A DNA stretch of 64,000 nt from a virus: positions 1 to 64,000 of the IMG/VR virus record IMGVR_UViG_3300005095_000072. One strand, given 5' to 3'. The position numbers were made by a program, and so were the translations under genes. Within the stretch, counting starts at the first letter, position 1. Each line of letters begins with the position of its first letter. Below, one piece after another: positions 48,299-57,987 of the stretch. The notes beneath the pieces are model-generated. The model was not told the origin of the DNA, did no database searches, and worked only from the letters and a program-made list of their open reading frames with translations.

Positions 48299-49477
48299 AT
48301 GTCAGAAGAGAAAAAGAGAAGAAGACCTAAAGCTATGAGAAGCAAAAAGGCAAAAGATATTAAAAATGATATAAACACTGAAGTAGAGGATAATTACACT
48401 GTAGCTACTTCAAGTATCGGAGATAGTGCTAAGTTTTCTTTAACAAAAGACCAAATAGCTAGAATTGTAAAAGCTATGAAACCTGTTGTAAGAGAAGATA
48501 AGTTCAAAGTTGAGGTGAATCCTGCAGGTAGTAATATAATTGTATCTGTTGATGAACAAGGATTTCAAATAGGTGTTAATCTTGGAGTGCAAACTATAAA
48601 AACTAACGAAAAGTTTGTATTTTACATAGATAAATCTATTTTGCAAAGGCTTTCTGGTATAGTAGCAGATGAAATAAAATTCGATATAACTTCTGAGAAT
48701 ATGAAGTTAGATATAGCAGGAACTGCTCTTAATTTAGGTTTAACTATTGAAGAGTTTGATGTAGATTTAAACTATAAAAGTGATATATCTGAGGTTAAAC
48801 CCAATGACTGGTTAAGTGAAATGTTAAACCGTATATCTGTTAGTAAAATAGCAGATGGTAGCCCTCTCGCACCTGTTATAGCTTTAGGAAAAGACATAAG
48901 ATATGGCTCATTAAAAAACTTGTCTCTGTATAAAAAAGGCTTTAGCAAAATAAATGTTAATGTATTACCTGAGTTTGTGAATTTTATGAAAAATGCTACA
49001 ACTTTAGGAGATAACATAGAGTTTATACAAGACAATGAAAACAAGCAATTTATAGTGAAAGTAGATAATGTTATCTATAAGACTTCTATGCTTGATATTC
49101 AATTTCCTGCTGATGTTGCTAAAATGCTAGAAGAGTTAGAAAGTGAAAGCACAGCCGAGTTTAGTAGAACTAACTTATTGCTATCTTTAGAGAGATTATC
49201 TATTCCTCTTATAGGGGCAAAAACACCTGAAATAAATATTGCTTTTCAAGAGGACAAACAAAATGCTTGGGTAGTGGTTTATAGTGTAGGTAATCAAGCG
49301 AGTAATGATATATGGGAAGCGTCTTTTGTAGAAGGAACTTCAAGTGCTATTGTAAATATATACAACTTAATGGGAGCTTTAGGGGTGGTAGATGAGAATG
49401 TTACAATAATCAACTATCAAAACTTCTTAGTGGTAAGAGATACAGTACAAGATATTTTATTAGCTAAATATCTATAA
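48299..49477 (+). CDS. putative DNA sliding clamp (DnaN/beta-clamp-like)
   Basis: ~350-aa core with three repeats; AEFSRTNLLLSLERLSI resembles the DnaN domain III helix. Confidence 0.55.
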   Translation: MSEEKKRRRPKAMRSKKAKDIKNDINTEVEDNYTVATSSIGDSAKFSLTKDQIARIVKAMKPVVREDKFKVEVNPAGSNIIVSVDEQGFQIGVNLGVQTIKTNEKFVFYIDKSILQRLSGIVADEIKFDITSENMKLDIAGTALNLGLTIEEFDVDLNYKSDISEVKPNDWLSEMLNRISVSKIADGSPLAPVIALGKDIRYGSLKNLSLYKKGFSKINVNVLPEFVNFMKNATTLGDNIEFIQDNENKQFIVKVDNVIYKTSMLDIQFPADVAKMLEELESESTAEFSRTNLLLSLERLSIPLIGAKTPEINIAFQEDKQNAWVVVYSVGNQASNDIWEASFVEGTSSAIVNIYNLMGALGVVDENVTIINYQNFLVVRDTVQDILLAKYL

Positions 49478-49485
49478 GTAAGTTG

Positions 49486-49624
49486 TGAGTGTTTTGTATG
49501 TCATTGTTAAGTGGAGAAATGCAATGACACAAACACTCATCTTTTTCCTTTTCCTCTAAGAAGTCAGCATGGTAGCTTAGATAAAAAGCAAACTTTACCC
49601 ATCGCAACTCTTGCTACCGTGCTG
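49486..49624 (+). ncRNA. putative structured RNA (two hairpins plus pyrimidine tract)
   Basis: Stems 49486-49506/49522-49539 and 49565-49576/49613-49624; more GC-rich than the flanks. Confidence 0.5.
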
Positions 49625-49649
49625 TTGGATTTATAAATTTTAAGGATAA

Positions 49650-50345
49650 ATGAGTATGACTGGTATAACTTTAGAACAAGTAAAAGAAAGAAAAAACTAC
49701 TTAAAAGCTGTTACAGATGTCTTGGAAAAAGATTGTACTATTTTAAAATCTGATATAGATAATTTAACTAAAGATATATTGATATTAGAGAAGGCTAATG
49801 AGTTCATAACCTTATCCATTGAGAATAAAGTGTCTTTAGTTAAAGATAGAGTAGAAGAGCTTGTAAATTCAGGCTTAAATGCTATATTTAGAAAAGATAT
49901 ACAGTTTCAAATAAAAGCTAGTGTTAAATATTCTAAAACAGTTTTTGATTTAGTTATAAAGAAAAAAGAAGTAGAAGGGCTTACAGAAGCTCATGGAGGT
50001 GGGGTACTTTCATTAGTAGCTTTTATTTTAAGAGTAGTTGTAGTTATGTTATCTAGCAGACGGAGGTTTATAGTCTTTGATGAGAGCTTAAGTCAAGTAT
50101 CTGCTAAGTATCAACCTTTATTATCTGAGTTCATAAGTAAGCTATGTAAAGAACTAGATTTTACATTTGTTTTAATAAGTCATCAACCTTTATTATCTCA
50201 ATATGCAGATATTGTTTATGAAGCACAAGATAAAGGAAAAGAGACTATATTTATTCAAAAAGGATTAAAAGATGGAAATTGTAGTAACAAAAAACAACAA
50301 AGAGTACGAAGTAGAAAAGCTAAACTTAGTTCTAGGAGAAAATGA
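49650..50345 (+). CDS. SbcC/Rad50-like ATPase, C-terminal half
   Basis: Short coiled coil, signature-like EAHGGG, Walker B IVFDES, H-loop LISH. Confidence 0.8.
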   Translation: MSMTGITLEQVKERKNYLKAVTDVLEKDCTILKSDIDNLTKDILILEKANEFITLSIENKVSLVKDRVEELVNSGLNAIFRKDIQFQIKASVKYSKTVFDLVIKKKEVEGLTEAHGGGVLSLVAFILRVVVVMLSSRRRFIVFDESLSQVSAKYQPLLSEFISKLCKELDFTFVLISHQPLLSQYADIVYEAQDKGKETIFIQKGLKDGNCSNKKQQRVRSRKAKLSSRRK

Positions 50346-50481
50346 TAAGCCTGAAAAGCTAGAAGTTACCTATCTATATGAAGATAGTGAAGGCAGTTTA
50401 AGATATGGAACTGTAGAACTTGATTTAGAGGATAAGGGTAATCAATCAACTGTGTATAATGGGTATATGAATCTAAAATAA
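50272..50481 (+). CDS. hypothetical protein
   Basis: AAGGA RBS; overlaps the SbcC-C tail. Confidence 0.5.
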   Translation: MEIVVTKNNKEYEVEKLNLVLGENDKPEKLEVTYLYEDSEGSLRYGTVELDLEDKGNQSTVYNGYMNLK

Positions 50482-50509
50482 AAAGATAATCCAAAGGAGA
50501 TATTGAATA

Positions 50510-51088
50510 ATGAATGATACATACAGAGACACAAAAATAGAAAAAGTATTGAAGTTAAAATCATTAAGAGATGAAGATAAGGATTTTTATGTTAAAGCTC
50601 TAAATAGTGATATAGTTTTATATAGCATAGATGATAAAGCTAGTATTCTCACAAATGAGTTAAGTTGCACTAAGTTCGACTATGATAGTTTAGATATTTA
50701 TTCTACAGATGGAACTATGTTAGATAGCTCTTTTATAAAAGAAGACAGTAAAACTGTTATAGCAAACACTTTAAGTGCTTTGGATTTAGTTTCTAAGAGT
50801 GCTAAGGATGATATAGAATTTATAAAAAATGTATCTATTTATTTAGATAATAACAATATTAGATTTATTGTAGAGTTAAATGATAAACTAGATACTGATG
50901 ATATTTCTAAGTTCGTAGGTAAAGAGTTCAGCAATCTTAATTTTGTTAAAAAGATTTATATAATGAACTCAGGACAGTATAATAAAAAAGTAAGTATGTA
51001 TTACTTGAACACAGGGTTTAAACATAGAGATAGCAATGGAAAAAGAAACATTCAAAAAAACACCAAAAAGAACTTTAAAACTAAATAA
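50510..51088 (+). CDS. hypothetical protein
   Basis: AAGGAG RBS. Confidence 0.55.
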   Translation: MNDTYRDTKIEKVLKLKSLRDEDKDFYVKALNSDIVLYSIDDKASILTNELSCTKFDYDSLDIYSTDGTMLDSSFIKEDSKTVIANTLSALDLVSKSAKDDIEFIKNVSIYLDNNNIRFIVELNDKLDTDDISKFVGKEFSNLNFVKKIYIMNSGQYNKKVSMYYLNTGFKHRDSNGKRNIQKNTKKNFKTK

Positions 51089-51743
51089 AGAGTATTCACA
51101 GAAAGATATAGAGAAAATATATAATCTCTCTATATCGTCCTCTAATAAGAAAAAAGCTTCAAGGTATATCAAAGGTCAAAGAGGGTTAAGAAATACAAAT
51201 ATAGGCTATATACTGAATGAACAGGATTATAAAATTCATAATAGTTTAGTTATCCCCCTTCATAATATATTTGGCAAGGTTGCAGGAGTAGAGCTTCGTA
51301 GTTTAGATGAAGAACAAGTTAGATATAATAAACTATATTCAAATAAATTGTATATCCCTCTATATGGTTTTCCAAATAAACATACAACTTCTAATTATGT
51401 TATTTTAACTGAAGGAGTTTTTGACACTTTATCTTTGATAGAATTAGGTTACAACTCAGTTACAGGGTTAAGAGCTTCTGTATCAAGTTTAGTTTTACAC
51501 TATATGGCTATCTTCTTTGATAAGATAATCATAGCTTTTGATAATGATAGTGCAGGGAGAAATGGAACTAAAAAAATATATGATTTTTATAACAAGTATT
51601 ATTCAGATATTGAGATAGATATATTAGATATTGACTATTCTTTATTTGATGTGAACACTAAAGATATAAATGATATATTTAAGCTATTCAAAGATAAAGG
51701 AAAGAAGTATTTAAAGGAAGTTATAGAAGAGACTTTGTATTAA
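51036..51743 (+). CDS. DnaG-like primase catalytic (TOPRIM) domain lacking the Zn-binding domain
   Basis: YIKGQRGL, LVIPLHN..G, ILTEGVFD, IAFDNDSAG, KDIND. Confidence 0.85.
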   Translation: MEKETFKKTPKRTLKLNKEYSQKDIEKIYNLSISSSNKKKASRYIKGQRGLRNTNIGYILNEQDYKIHNSLVIPLHNIFGKVAGVELRSLDEEQVRYNKLYSNKLYIPLYGFPNKHTTSNYVILTEGVFDTLSLIELGYNSVTGLRASVSSLVLHYMAIFFDKIIIAFDNDSAGRNGTKKIYDFYNKYYSDIEIDILDIDYSLFDVNTKDINDIFKLFKDKGKKYLKEVIEETLY

Positions 51744-51770
51744 ATACATAAATTAAAACAAGGAGAACTT

Positions 51771-52466
51771 ATGAAAGTGATAGGCGAAACAGTAGAAAAT
51801 TTTGGAGATACAACTGAAGAGATTATAAAAGAAGAAGAGATAAGAGAAACAACAGAACCTGCAGGGGTTAAAACCAAAGGTAGGTCTTTTTATGGTAATT
51901 TAACAATAACTACATTTGTTAAAGAAAGAGACTTTGAAAAAGGTGAGTTCATACTAGGAGTAGACTTTTCAACAGATAAGCAAGATAGCATAGTAGCTTT
52001 TGAAATAGAGGATAAAAAGCTAACTGATATTTTTAATAAGTCTGTTAATAGTCAAGTTAATAGAAGTGGGTTAGAGATGTTTTTAACTAAAGGTTTCTTA
52101 AAAGCTATTCAAGATAGCATAGACCTAAATAAATTTGAAAAGTCTTTAAATGAAGTCGATGAAAAGTTTAAGGCTAAACTAGAGGAAGTTTATAGTTATG
52201 AAATATCTAATGGATTAATTGAAGAGAAAGAGTCTGATATATCAACTGTCGCTTCAAAAATAGAAGAGGTCGAGCAAAAGAAAGATAAAAAAGATAACCA
52301 ACCTAAGGTAATTGACATATCTCTTGATGAAAAATCCAACACTGGTGATATAGAAGATGATGAAATACCTGAAAATTACCAACCATTGAAGTCTAGTGTA
52401 AAGGTTGATGAAGAGATAGAAGAAAAAGAACCTTCTTTGGAGTCTGTAGCTAAGTTGTCTATATAG
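51771..52466 (+). CDS. hypothetical acidic protein
   Basis: AAGGAG RBS. Confidence 0.6.
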   Translation: MKVIGETVENFGDTTEEIIKEEEIRETTEPAGVKTKGRSFYGNLTITTFVKERDFEKGEFILGVDFSTDKQDSIVAFEIEDKKLTDIFNKSVNSQVNRSGLEMFLTKGFLKAIQDSIDLNKFEKSLNEVDEKFKAKLEEVYSYEISNGLIEEKESDISTVASKIEEVEQKKDKKDNQPKVIDISLDEKSNTGDIEDDEIPENYQPLKSSVKVDEEIEEKEPSLESVAKLSI

Positions 52467-52591
52467 CTTAGAACTGCTTAGCAGATGAACAAAATGATAA
52501 GTTGGGTTAGTTTGTTTAGTTAAAAATGTATATATAAATATGAGATTTGCTTTAGCTTATCTCAATAAAAATTCTTAAGTAAGGAGCAGAA

Positions 52592-52987
52592 ATGCCAGAA
52601 GTTAAAGACGAGTGTCAAGTTGTAGAGGTAAATAGCTTAAATGAGTTCAATAAAGTTCTAAATGAGAATGAACTTGTTATGGTAGATTTTTGGGCTGAGT
52701 GGTGTGGACCTTGTCGTATGTTACATCCTGTGTTAGATGAAGTGAAAAAAGAAGCACTTTTTAGAAACAGAGGTTTAGTAATAGCAAAGGTAAATGTTGA
52801 TAAAGCAGAAGAGGTAGCAATCCATAACAATATAAGAAGTATCCCAACTTTGAGATATTTCAAAAATGGTGAGCTACAAAAAGAGACTGTAGGGCTACAA
52901 AGCTTAGATGCTATAAAAGAGGTTATCAATAGTATAGATGATGAAGGTAGAAGAAACCCAACTGTAGAAGATATGCAGTTAAGCTAA
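52592..52987 (+). CDS. trxA: thioredoxin
   Basis: VDFWAEWCGPC, KVNVD, IRSIPT. Confidence 0.95.
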   Translation: MPEVKDECQVVEVNSLNEFNKVLNENELVMVDFWAEWCGPCRMLHPVLDEVKKEALFRNRGLVIAKVNVDKAEEVAIHNNIRSIPTLRYFKNGELQKETVGLQSLDAIKEVINSIDDEGRRNPTVEDMQLS

Positions 52988-53004
52988 AGCAAGTGCAAAA
53001 GGAA

Positions 53005-53036
53005 AAAGACAGGGAGTTAATTCTCTGTCTTTCTTT
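53005..53036 (+). terminator. intrinsic terminator
   Basis: AAAGACAGGGAG-ttaa-TTCTCTGTCTTT plus T tract. Confidence 0.6.
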
Positions 53037-53211
53037 AAGTATATAAGAGTATGTTTAAAGACAGACAGAATAAAGGTTAAGGTATATATGGAGAAGTTAA
53101 GAAAGAGATTGAAAGTAGCTAATAGATTAATAGCATTATTTTTAATAGAGTTATTAACTCCTATAACTTTTAAAAGTTTTCATATACAATATCCTAAAAT
53201 GGATAAGAAGT

Positions 53212-53742
53212 TTGAAAATCAATATATCTAAACTCTTATATTATTCTCCATTAAAGAAAAGTAAAAGAGGTAAAGAGGTTATAAGAATTCTTGCTGAAAC
53301 TTATAATAAACCTGAAGACTATATCTTAGAAAGATTTGCTATTTATCTTGGAGCTTTAATTAAAGCAAAAGTTAAAAAAGCTATAAAAACTCAAAGGATA
53401 AAAGGAAGACCTATGAAGATGGTTTATCCTTCTTTGTCTGAAAGCTATAAGAAAAGAAAGAATTATAAAAATAGAGATAAATTTTATTTGAATACTGAGA
53501 TGTTTTATAAAGAACTTAAAGCTTGGAAAAGAGGAGAAAATATTTATATTGGGTTTCCTAAGAGATTAAAGCATAAGAACGGAGCATATTTATCTGATAT
53601 ATTAGTATATCTTGAAAAAGGAACTAGCAGGATACCTCCTAGACCTTTATTTTCAGTAGTAGTTACAAGTATAGCTAAGAACATTATATATTATTTATAT
53701 AGCTTTGTTAAAAAAGTAGCAAAAAACGAAATAAAATTGTAA
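53212..53742 (+). CDS. HK97 gp10/Mu gpG-like virion morphogenesis (tail completion) protein
   Basis: PSLSESYKKRK and YLEKGTSRIPPRPLF motifs; start uncertain. Confidence 0.6.
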   Translation: MKINISKLLYYSPLKKSKRGKEVIRILAETYNKPEDYILERFAIYLGALIKAKVKKAIKTQRIKGRPMKMVYPSLSESYKKRKNYKNRDKFYLNTEMFYKELKAWKRGENIYIGFPKRLKHKNGAYLSDILVYLEKGTSRIPPRPLFSVVVTSIAKNIIYYLYSFVKKVAKNEIKL

Positions 53743-53753
53743 AAGGGTTTAAG

Positions 53754-54662
53754 ATGAATAGAAAAGTTTATAAGTGTTCTAACTGTGGTGATTTTCATTC
53801 TTTTATTATTAATATATCTGCTGGAAAAACTTTAGCAAGATGTAGTAATTGTAATTGGGTGTATTTAGAGAACGATTTGATAGAAAAAGGTTATCAACCT
53901 ACATCTAATTGTAATGATTTGGTGGATAGTGTATCTTATAGTTTAAAAATTACTTCAATAGAAGAGTTAAAAAACAAACATAACACTAAGCATAGTGCAG
54001 AGAAAATTTTTAATAATTATTTTAGTAATTTCAAAATTACTAAAAATAGTGATGTAAATCCTGCTACACAGATAGCTTGTCAAGTTTATCTAAAACATTT
54101 ATCAAATGATGAGATAAAAGGGCTATTAAGAAACCAAGTTCATAATGCTTATAAAATGTTAAAAGATGCAATGAATCTTTTAGATAATGGGCTTTTAACA
54201 TATTCTAAACCTATATTTAAAGGTCATCAAGTTCCTTATAGTCAAATAGAAGCAACTTTTGACATAATAGCTATTCATTATTACAGAGAGTTAAATCAAG
54301 CTCAACAAGAAGTATATGAGAGCTTAGTAAAAGAACAGGAGAATTTAAAAGCAAAGGCAAAATTTGTTTATTTAGCAGTTAAATTTAAAAAATATCTTAA
54401 CAAGTGGAAAAGAAATCTAAACAATTTAAAGTTAGTAAATAAAATAAAAGAAACTTTATCCCAACCTAATATTTATAAAAAAGATTATATAATTCTTTAT
54501 AGGAGTCAAAAATATATTATATACTTAGATTTGTTCTCTTATAAATATATGAGAGTTGGGCTTAAAATAGGCGAACCTAAAAATGATGAGTTCTATGCAG
54601 ATATATATTTAAACATTGCAGGAAATATAGTTATTGTTAGTAAGCAAACTGTGTATATTTAA
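53754..54662 (+). CDS. hypothetical protein with N-terminal zinc ribbon
   Basis: CSNC...CSNC. Confidence 0.6.
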   Translation: MNRKVYKCSNCGDFHSFIINISAGKTLARCSNCNWVYLENDLIEKGYQPTSNCNDLVDSVSYSLKITSIEELKNKHNTKHSAEKIFNNYFSNFKITKNSDVNPATQIACQVYLKHLSNDEIKGLLRNQVHNAYKMLKDAMNLLDNGLLTYSKPIFKGHQVPYSQIEATFDIIAIHYYRELNQAQQEVYESLVKEQENLKAKAKFVYLAVKFKKYLNKWKRNLNNLKLVNKIKETLSQPNIYKKDYIILYRSQKYIIYLDLFSYKYMRVGLKIGEPKNDEFYADIYLNIAGNIVIVSKQTVYI

Positions 54663-54694
54663 TATGAAAATTCTATAAATTGTAAAGGTATAAA

Positions 54695-55162
54695 ATGGAT
54701 TATATAGTAGATGGAGTAAAGATTTTAGAAATTATGAAGCACGAGCCTAAACCATTACCTTGTGAAAAATGTTATGGCTCATGTTGTGGTAAGAAAGTAC
54801 ATTTCTCTAAAAAAGATTTAAAGAGGATACAAAAGAAATACACTTCTTTAATTGAGAAATTAAAAATATATGCAGTTCAATTAGATAAAAAGACTTTTCA
54901 GTTTGAATCAGATTTAGAGAGTTATAAAAAAGATTGGTATTGTATCTTTTATGATAAAAATAGTAACAAATGTTTGATATATGAGGAAAGACCTCAGGTA
55001 TGTAGAATGTATGGAAAGTCTAAACTATTATTATGTCCTTTTGAAGGGATGGATTATGTACCTGAAAAAGGAAGTGCAGAAGAACAAGATTTAGTTATAC
55101 AAACTCAGATTAAACAATCTCAAACTTTGTTAGGTAGTTTTAATAAACTAGCAAATATATAA
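54695..55162 (+). CDS. YkgJ-family CxxCxxCC Fe-S/Zn cluster protein
   Basis: CEKCYGSCC, CIFYD...CLIYEERPQVCRMY. Confidence 0.8.
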   Translation: MDYIVDGVKILEIMKHEPKPLPCEKCYGSCCGKKVHFSKKDLKRIQKKYTSLIEKLKIYAVQLDKKTFQFESDLESYKKDWYCIFYDKNSNKCLIYEERPQVCRMYGKSKLLLCPFEGMDYVPEKGSAEEQDLVIQTQIKQSQTLLGSFNKLANI

Positions 55163-55179
55163 ATTCTAGGAGGAAAAAG

Positions 55180-55521
55180 ATGGGAGATTTTTTAAATATA
55201 AGACATTATTTAGAAAATATAATAGATAGAGTGGAGGATTTAAAAGCAGGTCTTGATGAAGAGAATTTAATAAAGATAAAATGTAGTGATATATGGGATG
55301 GGATAGCAGGTAATATTTATCTTGATAAAGATATGAGAATGATATATCTAACAAGTGAAACTACATTTAAAAGATTATATAAAGAAACTGAGTTCTCTAA
55401 TATAAATGAAAGCTCTTGGTTAGTTTTTAAAATAGAAGATACTGAACTATTTGCAATAGATATAGATTATTCTATTGTCTTAGAAGATATTTACCAAAGA
55501 TTTACAGAGGAAGAACTGTGA
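55180..55521 (+). CDS. hypothetical protein
   Basis: AGGAGG RBS. Confidence 0.6.
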   Translation: MGDFLNIRHYLENIIDRVEDLKAGLDEENLIKIKCSDIWDGIAGNIYLDKDMRMIYLTSETTFKRLYKETEFSNINESSWLVFKIEDTELFAIDIDYSIVLEDIYQRFTEEEL

Positions 55522-56324
55522 GGCAAAGAACTATAAAAGATATGTTAGATATATTTCATCAGATAGCTAGTAATGGTTATTCTTTAAATCAAGTATATTC
55601 AGATTTTTTAGAGATAACTGCTATTTCTTTTAGAACTTCTGTTGTAGATGAAAAAACAAGAGAGAAGATAGAAGAACAATATAGTAGATTTTTAGATAAA
55701 TATAAAGCAGATAATATGAAATTGTTTGCTAAAGTTTTAGCAGTACTAGTTGAGTTACAAGAACAAGAGTATAGAGATTATTTAGGAGAGTTAGCAAGTG
55801 AAGTTGCTATATTGAGTAATAAGAAAGGTCAAGTCTTTACACCTTTACATATTTCAGATATGATGGTAAAAATGACTTTAAATCAAGATAGTATTAAGAA
55901 AGCATATAAAGAACAGGGTTATATAACTATTTTAGAACCCTCTGCAGGGACTGGTGCATTTTTAGTATCTATAGCTAGACAAGGAATAAAAGGGGAGTTA
56001 CCTTGTAATTTTCAAAAGGAAATAAAGATTCAAGCTTGGGAACTAGATAGAACTGTTTTCTTTGGACTGTATATTCAAGCTTGTCTATTAGGGTTAGATG
56101 CTGAGATAATAAATGGAAACACTTTAACAAGAGAGGTTTATGAAAGATGGATAACTCCTGTATCTCATATAAATAGAATGGAAAGCATTATATCTAATAT
56201 TTTTACTAAACCTAAAGAACAGGATATATTTAAAGATAGTGATGTTAAACTTGATAGGTCTATAAAAGATAGGATAGCAAAGATGAGTGAGAGACTAAAA
56301 AGAGGTGATTTTGATGAAGATTAA
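55518..56324 (+). CDS. HsdM-like N6 methyltransferase-fold protein lacking the catalytic NPPY motif
   Basis: GQVFTP, ILEPSAGTGAFL, WELD, GNTL; no (N/D)PP(Y/F) follows. Confidence 0.7.
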   Translation: MRQRTIKDMLDIFHQIASNGYSLNQVYSDFLEITAISFRTSVVDEKTREKIEEQYSRFLDKYKADNMKLFAKVLAVLVELQEQEYRDYLGELASEVAILSNKKGQVFTPLHISDMMVKMTLNQDSIKKAYKEQGYITILEPSAGTGAFLVSIARQGIKGELPCNFQKEIKIQAWELDRTVFFGLYIQACLLGLDAEIINGNTLTREVYERWITPVSHINRMESIISNIFTKPKEQDIFKDSDVKLDRSIKDRIAKMSERLKRGDFDED

Positions 56325-56430
56325 AAATTATTCTCAAAATTGGATTTTAAGAGCTAAAGATAGTTATCATAAGTTAGAGAGTGTTTTAGATGTTTTCTTT
56401 CTTAAAATAGCTAATTTTGTTAAGTTGTAA
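56314..56430 (+). CDS. small hypothetical protein (38 aa)
   Basis: GAGGTG RBS; coupled to both neighbours. Confidence 0.35.
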   Translation: MKIKNYSQNWILRAKDSYHKLESVLDVFFLKIANFVKL

Positions 56431-56439
56431 GGAAATAAG

Positions 56440-57135
56440 ATGAGTAAAGAGAAAAGAAAAAATTTATATATCAATACAGAGGGGTTAGATAAGTCAGGTA
56501 AATCAACTTTACTGAATCAAATAAATGGTTACTTTAATAGTAAATTTTTTACAGTAGCAGAGGAACTAGAAATTGGTAAAGAGAGTCCATTTGACTTAAG
56601 TAGAGCTATAAGGTCTTATTTGTCTTTTAGCTCCGAAGAACTTGTCATAGATAAAGAATTATATAATAAGATGGCAGGGATTTTATTTACAGCAAATAGA
56701 TTTAGGCTTGAAGCTTATGTAAAATCTCAAACAACAGTTAAACATCTTATTATGGGTAGAGGTATAGTATCAACTTTAGTATATGCAGAGATAGATGATT
56801 TACATTATAATAATTTGATAAAAGAAATAAACTTAACTAAGCAGTTAATCACTCAACCTGATATTATATTTTACCTCGATATAGATATGAACACTTATAT
56901 AAATAGATTAGGTAATAACTATTCTGAGTTAGAGAGCTATGAAGCAGATATACATAGTTTTAACAAATATAAAGCTCGTTATGCTAAATACCTTGATGTT
57001 ATGGAGAAAAGTGGAGTACAGGTTATTAAGTTAGATGGTAGGGATAAACCTGAAATTATCTATAACAATTTTGTTATAGAGATAATAAAAGCAAGACCAG
57101 ATTTAAACAATAAAAATAGTATATATTTTATATAA
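56440..57135 (+). CDS. tmk: thymidylate (dNMP) kinase
   Basis: EGLDKSGKST P-loop, LFTANR, PDIIFYLD. Confidence 0.85.
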   Translation: MSKEKRKNLYINTEGLDKSGKSTLLNQINGYFNSKFFTVAEELEIGKESPFDLSRAIRSYLSFSSEELVIDKELYNKMAGILFTANRFRLEAYVKSQTTVKHLIMGRGIVSTLVYAEIDDLHYNNLIKEINLTKQLITQPDIIFYLDIDMNTYINRLGNNYSELESYEADIHSFNKYKARYAKYLDVMEKSGVQVIKLDGRDKPEIIYNNFVIEIIKARPDLNNKNSIYFI

Positions 57136-57147
57136 AGAGGATTAAAT

Positions 57148-57375
57148 ATGAGACTAGAGGGTATTAAAACAGGTAAAAGTTTTATGTTCGCTGAGATTGA
57201 GTTACTTGCAGATAAAATGAACTTTAAGTTAGAAGAGTTGGGGGGAAATATTATAGGTAAAAACTTTTTAGTATTGGAAAATCCTTATAAAAAAGATGAA
57301 CTATATTCTTTTATTTTAACTGATGTTAATCCTGCTTACATTTATACTTGTATTTATGCAAATAGTAAGGATTAG
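57148..57375 (+). CDS. hypothetical protein
   Basis: GAGG RBS. Confidence 0.55.
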   Translation: MRLEGIKTGKSFMFAEIELLADKMNFKLEELGGNIIGKNFLVLENPYKKDELYSFILTDVNPAYIYTCIYANSKD

Positions 57376-57378
57376 TCT

Positions 57379-57987
57379 GTGAGTAAACACTTAAAAGGAA
57401 CTTCTTTAGCAGGTGGTAGTAATATACACCAAAGGGTAGAAAATGATTTTTATGCAACTGACCCAAAATCTGTAGAAGATTTGCTTATAAATTATGATAT
57501 TGATGGAAGTTCTTTTTATGAACCTTGTTGTGGGCAAGGTCATATATCTAAAGTGTTAGAATGGTATTATCCTAAAGCTAAACATTATGCATCTGATTTA
57601 GTATATAGAGGTTATGGACAGGGAAATATAGATTTTTTAAATACAAGCATTAATAACTTACCTATTAAAGGTAAAAAAGTAGATTGGATAATAACTAACC
57701 CACCTTTTAAGTTAGCACAAGAGTTTATAGATAAAAGCTTACAACTTACAAATATTGGTGTAGCTATATTCTTGAAAATTCAGTTTTTAGAAGGACAAAA
57801 AAGAAAAGAATGGCATCAAAAATTACCTTTGAACTTTGTATATGTTTTTAGCTCAAGGCAGTTAGTTCTTAATAATGGAGAGAGGATTAACCCTAAAACA
57901 GGAAAAGAATGGTCAAGTACTATGTGCTTTGCTTGGTTTATCTGGAAACATGGGTATAGTGGAGAACCAATAATAAGGTGGGTATGA
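57379..57987 (+). CDS. small phage DNA adenine methyltransferase
   Basis: DFYATD, EPCCGQG, IITNPPF. Confidence 0.85.
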   Translation: MSKHLKGTSLAGGSNIHQRVENDFYATDPKSVEDLLINYDIDGSSFYEPCCGQGHISKVLEWYYPKAKHYASDLVYRGYGQGNIDFLNTSINNLPIKGKKVDWIITNPPFKLAQEFIDKSLQLTNIGVAIFLKIQFLEGQKRKEWHQKLPLNFVYVFSSRQLVLNNGERINPKTGKEWSSTMCFAWFIWKHGYSGEPIIRWV

